A DNA stretch of 63,587 nt, counting the filler, from Globobulimina sp. (lineage: Eukaryota): NCBI GenBank assembly GCA_003354225.1. It is 53 parts of 53 records of this genome, joined end to end, with 100 filler letters (N's around TTAATTAATTAA, not from the genome) between each part and the next. Parts side by side here need not be neighbours in the genome. Positions count along the whole stretch, not along the records: positions 37,263 to 38,364 come from PIVH01023501.1; positions 38,465 to 39,566 come from PIVH01023502.1; positions 39,667 to 40,768 come from PIVH01023503.1; positions 40,869 to 41,969 come from PIVH01023504.1; positions 42,070 to 43,170 come from PIVH01023505.1; positions 43,271 to 44,371 come from PIVH01023506.1; positions 44,472 to 45,572 come from PIVH01023507.1; positions 45,673 to 46,773 come from PIVH01023508.1; 45 more parts are not named here. One strand, 5' to 3'. The translations under genes were made by a program, and so were the position numbers. Positions 37,402 through 49,275 of the stretch are shown here, piece by piece; position 1 is the stretch's first letter; each line of letters opens with the position of its first letter. The notes below the pieces were generated by a model. The model had not been told where the DNA came from. It did not search any database and saw only the letters and a list, made by a program, of their open reading frames with translations.

Positions 37402-37850
37402 CGCGCTACTTGACAACACCATGCAAATTCCAACATTGCTTTCAAAATTTAGTTTCCTAATTGCAATACAAATATTTGTGCATTATTTTAATTTGATTGA
37501 TATTATTTTAACACAAAGAATATGCTCCAAAAACTCAGAAGTTGAACACCATCGAAAGCTTATTCATAATCACATAATCATAAAATAATAAAATGATTCG
37601 ATTTCAAATTTGAGTGATTTGTGATTCTGCTGTCTCTTTGGTTTATGTGGTGATAAATAATAATTTGTCTTTAAATAGAATTATATGTTTGATGCATCAC
37701 ATTCATTAACGACACTATAATCTATTTCAAAACAACTCGTTATAATTCATGAGGAATTAATTCCATTCCATATTGTGTGGCAGGATAGCATTTTTTGCAT
37801 GAAATAAAAACAAAATTATTCCGTTTTCTTTGGCCTTGTCAAGTAGCGCG
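37402..37850. mobile_element. Candidate MITE with 15-bp terminal inverted repeats
   Basis: CGCGCTACTTGACAA (37402-37416) and TTGTCAAGTAGCGCG (37836-37850) flank a non-coding AT-rich interior. No clear TSD. Confidence 0.55.
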
Positions 37851-38464
37851 ATAACCGATGGAATGAGTTCATAAATGATATAGGAAGGCCGGTTTACGAC
37901 TCTGTAAAAAAAAGATAAATTTTAAGTTAGTTCTGAGCATTTTGAAAACTTCACAAGTGTGAACAAAGAAAGAAAAAACAATAAAAATAATTTAACGAAA
38001 ACTTAACATTGAATTAATATGCGAAATTGCGTATTGTCAAACCATGTATAAATGAGATTCAATCATCCAAAAATATGTACACAACAAAATAAAAACAACA
38101 ATGAAAATATTGCACATAAAATAAACGTTATCGAGGACGCCTCAGTTGAATTAAAACCGGTCAGCACTGAGTTGTAAAGAAAAGAATAGGCATGACCCAA
38201 ACTTCTAATCTAGTTGCGCCCTATGGTGATAACGTTAGTTTTATCCAATTACAATTTATAAAAATATTCAAATTATTTTTCCTCTTTAATATTAATGTAT
38301 ATTATAAATTTTATAATGTCATCAATTCCTATTTAAAAATAATAAAATAAAATATAATATAGTGNNNNNNNNNNNNNNNNNNNNNNNNNNNNNNNNNNNN
38401 NNNNNNNNTTAATTAATTAANNNNNNNNNNNNNNNNNNNNNNNNNNNNNNNNNNNNNNNNNNNN

Positions 38465-39424
38465 CGAGTTCACGATCGCCCCGGTATCCACCCTCTCGCC
38501 GTTGCAGGAGTTGATCGGTATCCTCGGTGCGGAACAACGCTTCACCGAAATGCATGATCTGGTATTGTTCTGGATCATCTCGTTCCTTTAGAGTCAATGC
38601 TTCGATCTGGGCACGAATGGAAACACGATGAGTATGTGTTTGTGTTTGGAAATGTTCATGCAAATCGATCCATATTTGACGAGGGTTTTGGGGATAATCT
38701 GCCCACAGATAGAACATTTCACCGGAAATATGAGTAATCAGAATTTTTCTAGCATTTTTTACCTTCTTATCAAAGTTAGTAATCAATAAATTTCGTGCAT
38801 CGACATCGGCTTGATTATTACCAGCCGCGTTCAACTGAATTACATCCGGTCTAGTCTCTGTGCCAGTCACAACAATGTCTAATAAATCATCTCCATCTAA
38901 CATTGCTTGCACGTGCATTTTCCAACCATTCCATGACGAACGATTGTCCTTTAATAAAGGAATTCGAGTGGTTGCTTCGGCCATTATTCTTCACTGAATT
39001 AATAATCAAATTTTAAAACTGGAAGCTTTCACGCAGTGGACAGAGTTCCTGGGCCCATTGACCTGACGTTTTGTCCAAATAAGCAGCTGACGGAATATAA
39101 TGTCCAAATTGCACAACAAACGAACCAGAACAATATATGACGAACTGGAACAAACAGAGCAATATAGCCGACGTAATTTCCGTCTTTGATATATCAGAAA
39201 GTTAATCAGTTAAAGATTTAAATGTTTATTCAGTAAATGGCTAAGCACGTAGCTTTAAATCCAAAAGCAATAATAGAGCACTCAGCACATGGATGATTTA
39301 TACATTTTTTGGTCGTATATTTCATAAGGCAAAGACAGCTAATATAAAAAGCTTTAAACCATTTTAGTACAAGCTAACTGCTAACATGTGTAATAGAATA
39401 CTATTGCATGCTTCATATTTGTCA
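38465..39424 (-). mobile_element. Ty1/copia retrotransposon 5' end: putative LTR, PBS and gag N-terminus
   Basis: gag from ATG 38984: IPLLK...WNGWKMHVQAML...LLDIV...P.QIW..L...F. PBS GGTCAATGGGCCCAG (39049-39063) lies directly after a ...GTCA end. A possible LTR start TGAC at 39424 is less certain. Confidence 0.85.
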
Positions 39425-39666
39425 GCTCCCCATGATTATCAATATGATTTATATACAGTTCTATTTTCCACAGAATTTACTGTTATTTTAATAGGTAGTG
39501 AAGGGCCAAGAGAGACGAGTTTGTAGAAAAGCAACCTTTACTAGGCGCTACAAAGGACAACAATGANNNNNNNNNNNNNNNNNNNNNNNNNNNNNNNNNN
39601 NNNNNNNNNNTTAATTAATTAANNNNNNNNNNNNNNNNNNNNNNNNNNNNNNNNNNNNNNNNNNNN

Positions 39667-40768
39667 CAACATGCTGAATCACACAGACATAATCCATTAA
39701 GCACATTGCCAAATATTGATGAATCCCTGCCAATATCGCAGTTGTTTGTATTCAATGACGGTCTTCAAACTGCGACAAATATATATTCTTTATCAGTTAA
39801 TAATGGATATTCAGATGTTTCTGATATTTTAGATAACCATTATGCTGATTATTTTACAAATACACCTCTGAACAAAGCCAAATTTGTGGAATATTATGAT
39901 AATTTGTATGATTTAAAACAAGCATATGATCGAGGCGACGGCCATTACATTATTCGGGAATACGATTCAGCGAAACGGGAATTTAATAATTCATATCACA
40001 TTGTATACACAGATCTCGATTCAACGCCAAAAGTACTATATTGTCGCTGTAGTAATCACGCTTCTTACGCCAAATGCTTTCATCATTTGTATGTAGAAAT
40101 TGCTACAAAACAGGAGCAATACCAATTGCCTGTATTACTCAAAACATTTAGTGCAAATCAAATATGTGATGAAAACAGAAACGTTATTTTACTTAATTCA
40201 GATTTATCAGGAATACGGAACAAAGCGTATACAGTATCTGGTAGAAGATATGCAATTGTATACCAAAATAATGATGGGTGTATTTGGTGTGATCGGCATA
40301 GAGTTAAAGGCTGTGACCATCGGAATAAGGTATTGAGTTATTTAGGCATAGACGAGGACGAATATTATCGCCAACGGTATAATATTGATGAGCTTGGATC
40401 CCGCGCACCAGAAAAGCCATTCGTGTTAGTAACGCCACACTCATATAATACAATACCGGTGCCTGAATATTTTCGTATACCAAGCGACGATCCAAGCGAA
40501 GAATATGATGCATACATGTTGGATACAGCGGGTTATTTTATTGCACACTTTCAACCAGAGGTTGATCATTGTATTAAATGTGGCAAATCATTGGACGGTT
40601 GTACGGCGACGACATCTTCAGCAACGTTAATGGGTCCATCTCGCGCATATTTTGTACAAATCGAATGGGTATTATGTACCAACATAAATGATGATGGGGA
40701 GATATGCCGCAAAGAGAATTATTATGATGGGCTTAGCGACCATATATTTAATTTGAATTCGAACTACT
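39667..40768 (+). mobile_element. KDZ (Kyakuja-Dileera-Zisupton)-type transposon protein: SWIM finger(s) plus CxC4-like cysteine cluster
   Basis: SWIM CRC-x7-CFH, a second C/H motif WCDRHRVKGCDH, then SYNTIPVPEYFRIPSD...CIKCG...C...C...YDGLSDHIFNLN. Confidence 0.65.
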
Positions 40769-41234
40769 NNNNNNNNNNNNNNNNNNNNNNNNNNNNNNNN
40801 NNNNNNNNNNNNTTAATTAATTAANNNNNNNNNNNNNNNNNNNNNNNNNNNNNNNNNNNNNNNNNNNNCTACGACAATATTGTGTGACTTGCGGCGTAGA
40901 TTATCATTTTGGAATGTCGTGTAAAGAATATTCTGTCTCTGCGAACAGTGATTCATTGATCATGAGAAATATTTACATATATTACTTATTATTAAAATGT
41001 AAAAAAAAAAGGTACTACAAGCAACAAAAAAATGCACAAATTTGAAAGTGCACAAACAATTCAAAAACAAAATGGATCACACATTCAATAACAGTGTGAT
41101 GAATGTTATAATAACATATTGTCACACACACTCAAATGAGCAAAAGGTGACAAACACATTAATAAAAAAAAAGTATATACATACTGTTTAAACAAAGAAA
41201 AAGTGAAAAAACAATTTATTAATAAAATCAGAAC

Positions 41235-41947
41235 TTATACCATTCCATCCGAATGATCCGCTATACCATCATTAGATTGACAACCTCCTTTATGTTTAAC
41301 TTCAACTTCTGACTCTTTTGATTCCTGATTCTGAATTACCTCACCTAATTGCAATTTGATTTGTGGTGTTGATCTTTTCTGGCTAACTGAAAGATTCGTC
41401 CTTTTTCTACTTCCCAATCGATTCTGAAATGTCACTTCAAACTTATTACTTAATTCAAAATGATTAAGAAATGCATTATTAATATCAGCTAATGATGTTT
41501 CTGATCCATATAATTGTGTTACAAAACATTTTGGTGCGTCAGTGATTTGCCTTTGATTATCAATATCTTGACTCAACTCTGAGGTATATACAAAATGAAC
41601 GACATGACTAATAATTCCATAGTTGGTCGTCATCGATTGTCCAACCTCGATATTGTTTGTTGGAATTCTCAAGACTGCGGCAATATGCTCACCCAAAGCC
41701 TTTGTTCTACCTCGATTTTCAAGAAACGCTCGTTTCTCATCTTTTGTTATCTCTTGCGAACATTCTGTTGATAAATAATACTCGACAACATTCCTATCAG
41801 TCGTATCTGATTCGATGGCGTATGATAATATTGAATATACGATGGATAAGGAAGAGGCAATAAATGCTGCTTGTACTCCTGATGTCATTTCTCCATCCAA
41901 TCCAATGAAATACAACAGTTGACACGCTACCTGCGGCACATTTTCCT
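41235..41947 (-). CDS. Membrane protein C-terminal exon
   Basis: ENVPQ-type motif, two TM helices and a soluble tail. Confidence 0.55.
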
Positions 41948-42384
41948 TATTTCAAAATGTTAATCAAATNNNNNNNNNNNNNNNNNNNNNNNNNNNNNNN
42001 NNNNNNNNNNNNNTTAATTAATTAANNNNNNNNNNNNNNNNNNNNNNNNNNNNNNNNNNNNNNNNNNNNCTTGGTTTCTATATAAGATATACTGTATGAT
42101 CCAATTTAAAATAAAACACAAATGCAGAAATATACAACTTGGCGGGGTTTGTTACACTTTCTGGATTAGTTTCATCGACGCAGATAGGTGTTTTCTCACT
42201 ATCTGACACCTGCGAATGCCAGAGACCCATGATTCAGTATTGTAATGAGTGGTAATTTAAATGTTTTAGCCTACGGGTTTTAGGAATGAATGAGTGAATG
42301 AGTCAATGAGTGGTGTGAACTAACCTGTATGGTGGCGCATTGTAGCCAGTACCAACTAAAAAAACTTTAACTTCAAAAAAAAGC

Positions 42385-43170
42385 ATGTCAGCCGAAGAAA
42401 AATTAGATTTAAAGCAACTACGCAATGATATCACACAGGAAGTCGAAAAGGAAGACCATAAAAAAATAGCACGAATATGTCGCACAGTCTTAGCATCGAA
42501 ACCAAATCATTTATTATGGCTTCGTTTATTATGTTGTGCTATGATTCATTTATCCGAACCAAAGCCTTTATTGACATTAATCGAAAGCTATTCAAACAAA
42601 CATAAAATTTACAATGCATTGCTATTTTATAAAATATACTGTTTGTACCTATCCAAACAAAACAAACAGGCACAAGCCGTCATCACTGAAAACAAAGAAA
42701 TCATCGAAACCAAACTAAGCAAAGAAGAACACGCAGCCGTACAATATATACAATATCAATTATTTTATCGTTCAGCACACTACAAATCCGCCTTAAATAC
42801 CTTACATTCATTCACCAAACACAACGAGTACAACACCGAGATAATCATCAATGAGATCTCAACTTTAATTGCAATGAACGAAGCGTCCGAAGCTGTGCAT
42901 AAATATTGTAATAACACCTCATTGCATAACAATTGCGACTTTGTGTTCAATTTCGGCATTGCTTTGATAGTCTGTTCGCAGATAAATGAGGCCAAACAAT
43001 TCTTGCTCTCATCGCTTAGTTTAGTTTCATTTCACATCCTTGCTCTCATAGCGTCGCAGCACAAATAATGTGAATATTTATAGGTAAATGCGAGAGCGCC
43101 ATGAAAGCGCAACAATATGATTCGAATGAGATATTGTCAGAGATTGGCAATTTGCAATTATTGATTGCGT
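42385..43170 (+). CDS. SRP72: Signal recognition particle subunit SRP72, N-terminal TPR region
   Basis: FYKIYCLY, QLFYR...Y, DFVFNFGIALI. Intron 43019-43083, then CESAMK...EILSEIGNLQLLIA, collinear with SRP72. Confidence 0.75.
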
Positions 43171-43270
43171 NNNNNNNNNNNNNNNNNNNNNNNNNNNNNN
43201 NNNNNNNNNNNNNNTTAATTAATTAANNNNNNNNNNNNNNNNNNNNNNNNNNNNNNNNNNNNNNNNNNNN

Positions 43271-43912
43271 CGACCGAGAGCGAATATGTGAGGGTGTTGA
43301 ACCAAGCCTTGGTTGACTCGAATGTCAGCTCGGATATGGACACTATTCTATCGTTGATTGATTCTGTGGAGGAACAGGAATTTATGCAAACTATATTGGC
43401 ATATTTTGTGATTTTGACTAATAAGGTTTGTGTTTTTTCTTTTGTTTGCTTGCCTGTTGGAGTATGTGTTGATGGTTTGCTGTCAGGATGGAATTATAAG
43501 GGATGGCGATGGAGTGGATCGGCTATGTGAGCAGTTTATGAGAGAGGAGTTTGGCGAGGATGTGAATGTTACGATTGATGGAGCAATGAGTAAGTTGTCG
43601 GAATTGGGGCTGTTTAAATCTGGGAATGATGAATCGATAAAAGTGAAGAAGTTATTGGATGCCGTGTCTTGTGTGCATTCGCATTATCACTCTGCGATCC
43701 AAATGGTGCGGAAAATCGATGTGGATCAACAGGTCGTAATTGTAAATGAAGCGGATGAGCTCGAGGTCGAGGATGAAAAGAAAATGGATGGAGGTGAAAG
43801 TGAGCCAAATGTAGAGCGGCTCATTATTTCTCCAAAAGAGATATCTGGCGATCATTTCGGGAAAAGTAATGACTTGGATATGGATGTACAGTTAGTTGAT
43901 TCACTCGATTGA
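43271..43912 (+). CDS. TMEM143/DUF3754-like protein C-terminus (spliced)
   Basis: LIDSVEEQEFMQTILAY, an intron, then DRLCEQFMREEFGEDVNVTIDGAMSKLSELGL. Confidence 0.7.
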
Positions 43913-43981
43913 CACAGTATTTTTCATTCGTTTCTCACTCAGTTTTTTAAAAAAAATTTTAGTGAGTTTAGTTGCTTAGCC

Positions 43982-44371
43982 ATGGCAGCCAAAAAAGTAG
44001 CAAGCTTAGTAGGTCGCCTTCAGAGCAACCGAGGTGTCCAAACTCGTAAAGATGTGCTACGCGATTTCACGCAATGGTTTTTACGCGAAAAGCCAGAATT
44101 GGACCCGTCTACAATCCAACTGTTATTAGCCGGCGATCCCAACAACGGCTATTCCATTGGCATTGTTCAGTTTTGTGGCAAGCAAAAAAACGCAGAGACT
44201 ACGACCTATTCACCCTCCCACAATTTCGAGAATTACCAATATAAAGGATCCGTAAAATTAGCCTTAGCACTTTGGGTGTGTTGCATCCACGAATCCTACG
44301 GAAACCATTCCAAGTCCTTCCAAAACGAACTAAAAAAGATTACAATGGGCGTCTACATCCAAGCACGCTTA
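43982..44371 (+). CDS. 5' end of an unknown helical protein
   Basis: GCCATGG start about 70 nt after the previous stop; open to the contig end. Confidence 0.6.
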
Positions 44372-44537
44372 NNNNNNNNNNNNNNNNNNNNNNNNNNNNN
44401 NNNNNNNNNNNNNNNTTAATTAATTAANNNNNNNNNNNNNNNNNNNNNNNNNNNNNNNNNNNNNNNNNNNNTTGCAGATGGTATGTTGTATGATCTATAA
44501 TTCTTATATTATTTGCTCAGTATAAACATACATAATT

Positions 44538-45572
44538 ATGATAGAGGATAAACGACGAAAAGAGAGCACATTCGTGGATGATATATTTGGCGTAGTTGAC
44601 GCAAGTAATAGTATAACAATTGGTGAATTGAGAAATATTAATAGTTATATACACGAAGAAGAATATGATACTGATGCTATTTATAATGATTTAAATGGTG
44701 CAATCGATGTTGATCATGGATTGGTTGATGGAACAGTGTCAATATCACGTCATGATTCAGAGTGGCCACATGTTTTCGATGCAAAAGGTATTAAAATAAC
44801 CGAAGTCAGACAATATTTGAATGATACACAATTTAAAATTGAACAGAAATCGTTGGACGAAAAATTTGTATTTTATGATGATTGTGGTGATTCACAACGA
44901 CGTCAATTATGGACTCTTAGAGAATTGGTAAAATATATAAAAGATAATGGATGTGATAAGAATCCTGATGATATTATATATGATTTAGACGGCGCCTTTG
45001 TTGCAGAGGGTGATGATTCAAAAACACTCAGACAATTACATTATGATTATACAGTGAAAAATGTCGCAGATGTTTTGTTTTCAAACGGGATCTATACAGA
45101 AAGTAATCTGTTACAACAACGACTTTGTATGTACATTTTATGCGATTTTGCGGATCAGTTTAAAAGTTTCGTTTGTGTCTTTTTACAGTAAATAGGATAT
45201 TGAGTGAAGAACAAATGAACAAAGATATTGTTGAAAAATATAAAGGTTTAAGTTTTAATGTATTAACAGATATTTATAACACACACAAATGTTTTTTATT
45301 TGCAAATTATCATTTTAAATCGTATGATATTCCAACATATCTAGCATGTTTTGAGAAGAATAAATATTTTGAAAATGATAAAAAAGAATTTATTAACAAA
45401 ACAAGATCATTTACAGATATTATACCAACCATAAATTTCTATCCTCAGTATGTGATCGATGACAATATGTATATGATTTGGAAGTATTTTTTTGCTGCGA
45501 CACATTTAGTACATAAGGAAAGAGAAAATAATACGTCGTACCCATTGAGATTGAAAATATGTGTAATCCCAC
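44538..45572 (+). CDS. Hypothetical protein (spliced, partial)
   Basis: Two long ORFs separated by a probable GTATGT...TACAG intron at ~45127-45188. Confidence 0.55.
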
Positions 45573-45835
45573 NNNNNNNNNNNNNNNNNNNNNNNNNNNN
45601 NNNNNNNNNNNNNNNNTTAATTAATTAANNNNNNNNNNNNNNNNNNNNNNNNNNNNNNNNNNNNNNNNNNNNAATTATCAAAGCGTTCATTGAAGAAATG
45701 AACTAAAAGCATTGTTGATTAATTAAAAAAAAAAAAGTTCTGAACATTTCCAAAACTTCACAACTGTGCTGTTATAGTTGATGTTAACCTGAAACATTTT
45801 CGTGAAAGTGTTGGTGTTGGTGTTAATCGCAGAAC

Positions 45836-46773
45836 ATGTCGGATGAAAGTGATACTAGCAGTGATTCGTCGTCACCACCATTGGGACCTCCAGGTGGTGG
45901 TCAATTAACATTCCTTCCTGTTCAACATGACAACTCTTCTTCTTCTTCTTCTCCATCTCCATCTCCATCTCCATCTCCATCTTCCTCAGCGTCAGCATCA
46001 CCAATTGAAGAAATTGAAGAAATTAAAGAAATTGTAGAAATTAAAGAAAGTGAAGAAAGTGAAGAAGAAGAAAAGAGAGATATGAATGTGTGGGATATCG
46101 TCTATATGACATCGTCACCTTTAGCCTATATCGGAGATGGTGGGATCATCGCGTTAGAACTGTTGGATGTGTCTGGTGAAACGGAAGAGATAATGTCAGT
46201 ATTTTGCGGTGATTCTAGCACTCATAGTCATAGTCACAATGATAGTGAGCATGATAATGATAATGATTTATCTGTGTGTCATTTGATAGCGACCTCTGGC
46301 AATTTAATATTGGCGATGACGCATTCGTGTCGCATACTGCATTACAGCGGGCACGGCTTCCCCAACTATCTGGCCTTCGAAGACGAGGAAAGCATCGGCG
46401 ATACGCACATGTTCCACGACTCGGCCTTCGAGAAGATCCGACTGCAAAACCGCAGGCTGCAGTTCGTGTTTACGTCGGCGTGTCACAGCGAATCTGTCGG
46501 TTTGTCCTTTGTGGCCGCCGGGGTGCCGCACGTCGTGAGCATCGACACAAAATTCGAAGTGTCGGACCACGGCGCAATGACATTTACAAAGTATTTTTAC
46601 AAGGCATTGTTATGTGGACGAACCATTGCCGACTCCTTCAATTTTGGCAAACAATCGGTTCAATTCATATCGTCTTCGGCAAAGAGAGACTTTTCCAAAT
46701 TCAAATTGTTGCCAATTGCCAGCAAACACAAACAATTGCACAATGTCTCCTTATTCTCATCCTTTGACTCGTT
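45836..46773 (+). CDS. CHAT (caspase/separase clan CD) protease domain protein, N-terminal part
   Basis: Intact catalytic motifs ILHYSGHG (His near 46352) and VFTSACHS (Cys near 46481), plus GVPHVV and FYKALLCGRTIADSF. Ser/Pro/Glu low-complexity leader. Confidence 0.88.
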
Positions 46774-46873
46774 NNNNNNNNNNNNNNNNNNNNNNNNNNN
46801 NNNNNNNNNNNNNNNNNTTAATTAATTAANNNNNNNNNNNNNNNNNNNNNNNNNNNNNNNNNNNNNNNNNNNN

Positions 46874-47810
46874 GTATTTTATATATATCTTCGATGCAAT
46901 AATATCAGTCACACCATTAACAGCCATTAATTGCCGACCAAATAATATCTTTGCGGGTATATTTAAATTCTTCTTCACATCTCTCAACTTATTAAATGTC
47001 TCAAATAATAAACAGTTTTCAGATGCAAAAAAATCATAATTATTATTACTCTCATTCTCATTCATTTTATTCACTATCTTTTGATATATTAAATGTGTCC
47101 ATTTCGAAAGCACCCGAATGCATTCCAGCATTGACGTAGTTTCATAAATTAAAAAGCCATCGCGAACCTGCGTATTGATCAAGGCCGTAATGACCCGCTT
47201 ACGCATACTCTCATTGTCCAATCGGTACTCTTCAATCAAATAAATATGGCGAAACAGTGGCAAATTCTTTTTAATTCTCCATTTCTGTTCAAAATATCTC
47301 TTATCTTGAATGGATTTCGCTAAATCATCCATCCGTTTTCTTTCCACAATGACTGGATATAAATATTGCTTATATCGATTACGTACATTCTTTAATAACC
47401 AACAAAAATCACCAATTGGTAATCTATATGGTATGGATGGAATTTGTTGTTGTTTATTAAATGCATCCTCTAATCGCACTCTCTCGTTTCTATTCTTTCT
47501 CTGTTCCTCAGATGTGTCGTATACTAAAAACAATTTATACAATTCTCCGTTTATTCGAATTGCTTCCATATTATTATTATTATTATTATTCGCATTGTCA
47601 AATGATGCTATTCTCGCTCTCTTTGCCATTGGCTGCATATCATCTAATTCCATCATATCATTCTTCCTCTTTCTACCAATCTCATTGCCATTGCTGTTGT
47701 TATGTTTGCTTTTAATATGTGAATCTAACGGTTTTTTGCGTACATATGATTTATTACAATGTGGACATTTCAATTTAGGTTTGCTTGGTTCCACTTCATT
47801 GACCTCTTCT
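46874..47810 (-). CDS. MUS81: Crossover junction endonuclease MUS81, ERCC4 domain, preceded by a C2H2 finger
   Basis: LPIGDFCW, IVERKRMDDLAKSIQDKRYFEQKWR, IYLIE, ALINTQVRDGF, FGRQLMAVNGV; upstream CPHC-x12-H-x4-H. Confidence 0.9.
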
Positions 47811-47974
47811 TCTTGACAGCCACCATCAGCATCTAGCACTTGAGAGAAAAAGGCCCAAAATGTATTTTCTTTACTAAAAAATCGGCGACGACTTTGTGTG
47901 CCTGACTGAGTTGGTCGTAGGTACTGACTGGGTATAAACTCCCCGAAGCACTCACCCAATTGGCTGAATGATTT
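47811..47974 (-). mobile_element. Bacterial IS4-family transposase N-terminal fragment
   Basis: SFSQLGECFGEFIP...SRRRFFSKENTFWAFFSQVLDADGGCQE resembles N-termini of IS4 transposases I recall from marine bacteria. Confidence 0.7.
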
Positions 47975-48074
47975 NNNNNNNNNNNNNNNNNNNNNNNNNN
48001 NNNNNNNNNNNNNNNNNNTTAATTAATTAANNNNNNNNNNNNNNNNNNNNNNNNNNNNNNNNNNNNNNNNNNNN

Positions 48075-49032
48075 CAAAATAAAGCCACATTGAAGAAATT
48101 ACAATTTTACGAGACAATCTCTACCTATTTCATCCATACTGACACCGACGAAAAACAACAGCCCCGCCCAGAGACCAAGGACAATAACAACAAAACCAAA
48201 ACCAAAAACGACACCAACCCGAACCGAGTGTCCTGCACTAGTTTATTGCGCGAGATTGGTTGGGATTTATTGACCGAATTATTTTTATTATCTAACAAGG
48301 ACCATAGATTCGAATTATTTTTACATGGCATTTGCAAAGACATCTCGCCGCGCGAATTGTCCATAATGTTCAGTGAGGTGTTCTGCCATCCCATGCTCTC
48401 CATCACTGCCACCCACCATCATTACCAATTGCATACAATGCAGAACCATTACCAATTGCATACCGACGAAGACAGCGAGCAGCAAAAACAAATGCTGTTA
48501 AACCTAAACATCTCCAATCAACAGATCAATATGGACCGGTCCGATGCCATCTTGTCCTTCCATAAGAATATAAATTACATCAAGACGCAAACCTTATTCA
48601 TCCATTGCATCATTATATTATTTAACCGATTAACGAGCAAAAGCACCACCAAACATAGCATCAACCACTTTTATCGGTCCTTAATCCCGACCGCAATCTT
48701 GCATTTCCAGACCCTTTCGAAAGAGTTATCGTATCAGTTCTATCTCCATAACATCACTCAATATCACAACCATAACCATGGCCATCACACGGCTGCCGCG
48801 CATTGTATGTCGTCGGATTGTGTCAAGGCATTGGATGCGACGAAAAAAGAGCGACAAGCCTGGCTCGCGAATAGTAAGAAGGAGTACGAAATCTATTTGG
48901 AGACTATCTATAAATTATTTGCATTGATGGTGAACAATCACTGTAATTTGCGCGATTTGCGGGTCAATGAGATCAAAGATGAAGTGGTCGACGTACAGGA
49001 ATTGATTAAATGTTTTAAGCCTAGAAAAGCAG
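48075..49032 (+). CDS. Hypothetical helical protein exon
   Basis: About 320 codons open, ending at a probable GTATTT donor. Confidence 0.55.
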
Positions 49033-49275
49033 GTATTTGTTTTCTGTGACTCATTATTGTTAATATTGTTATCCTTGCACTGATTATTAATATATATATA
49101 TATATATATTTATAATTATAAGATGAGGAGGAGGAGAATAAAGAGGAGATATTATTAAAAAGCATCAAGATCAATNNNNNNNNNNNNNNNNNNNNNNNNN
49201 NNNNNNNNNNNNNNNNNNNTTAATTAATTAANNNNNNNNNNNNNNNNNNNNNNNNNNNNNNNNNNNNNNNNNNNN

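Noticed and set aside
45673..47974. CHAT protease plus nuclease as a linked defence system
   Set aside because: The genes are on different contigs, adjacent only because of length sorting, and the nuclease is housekeeping MUS81.
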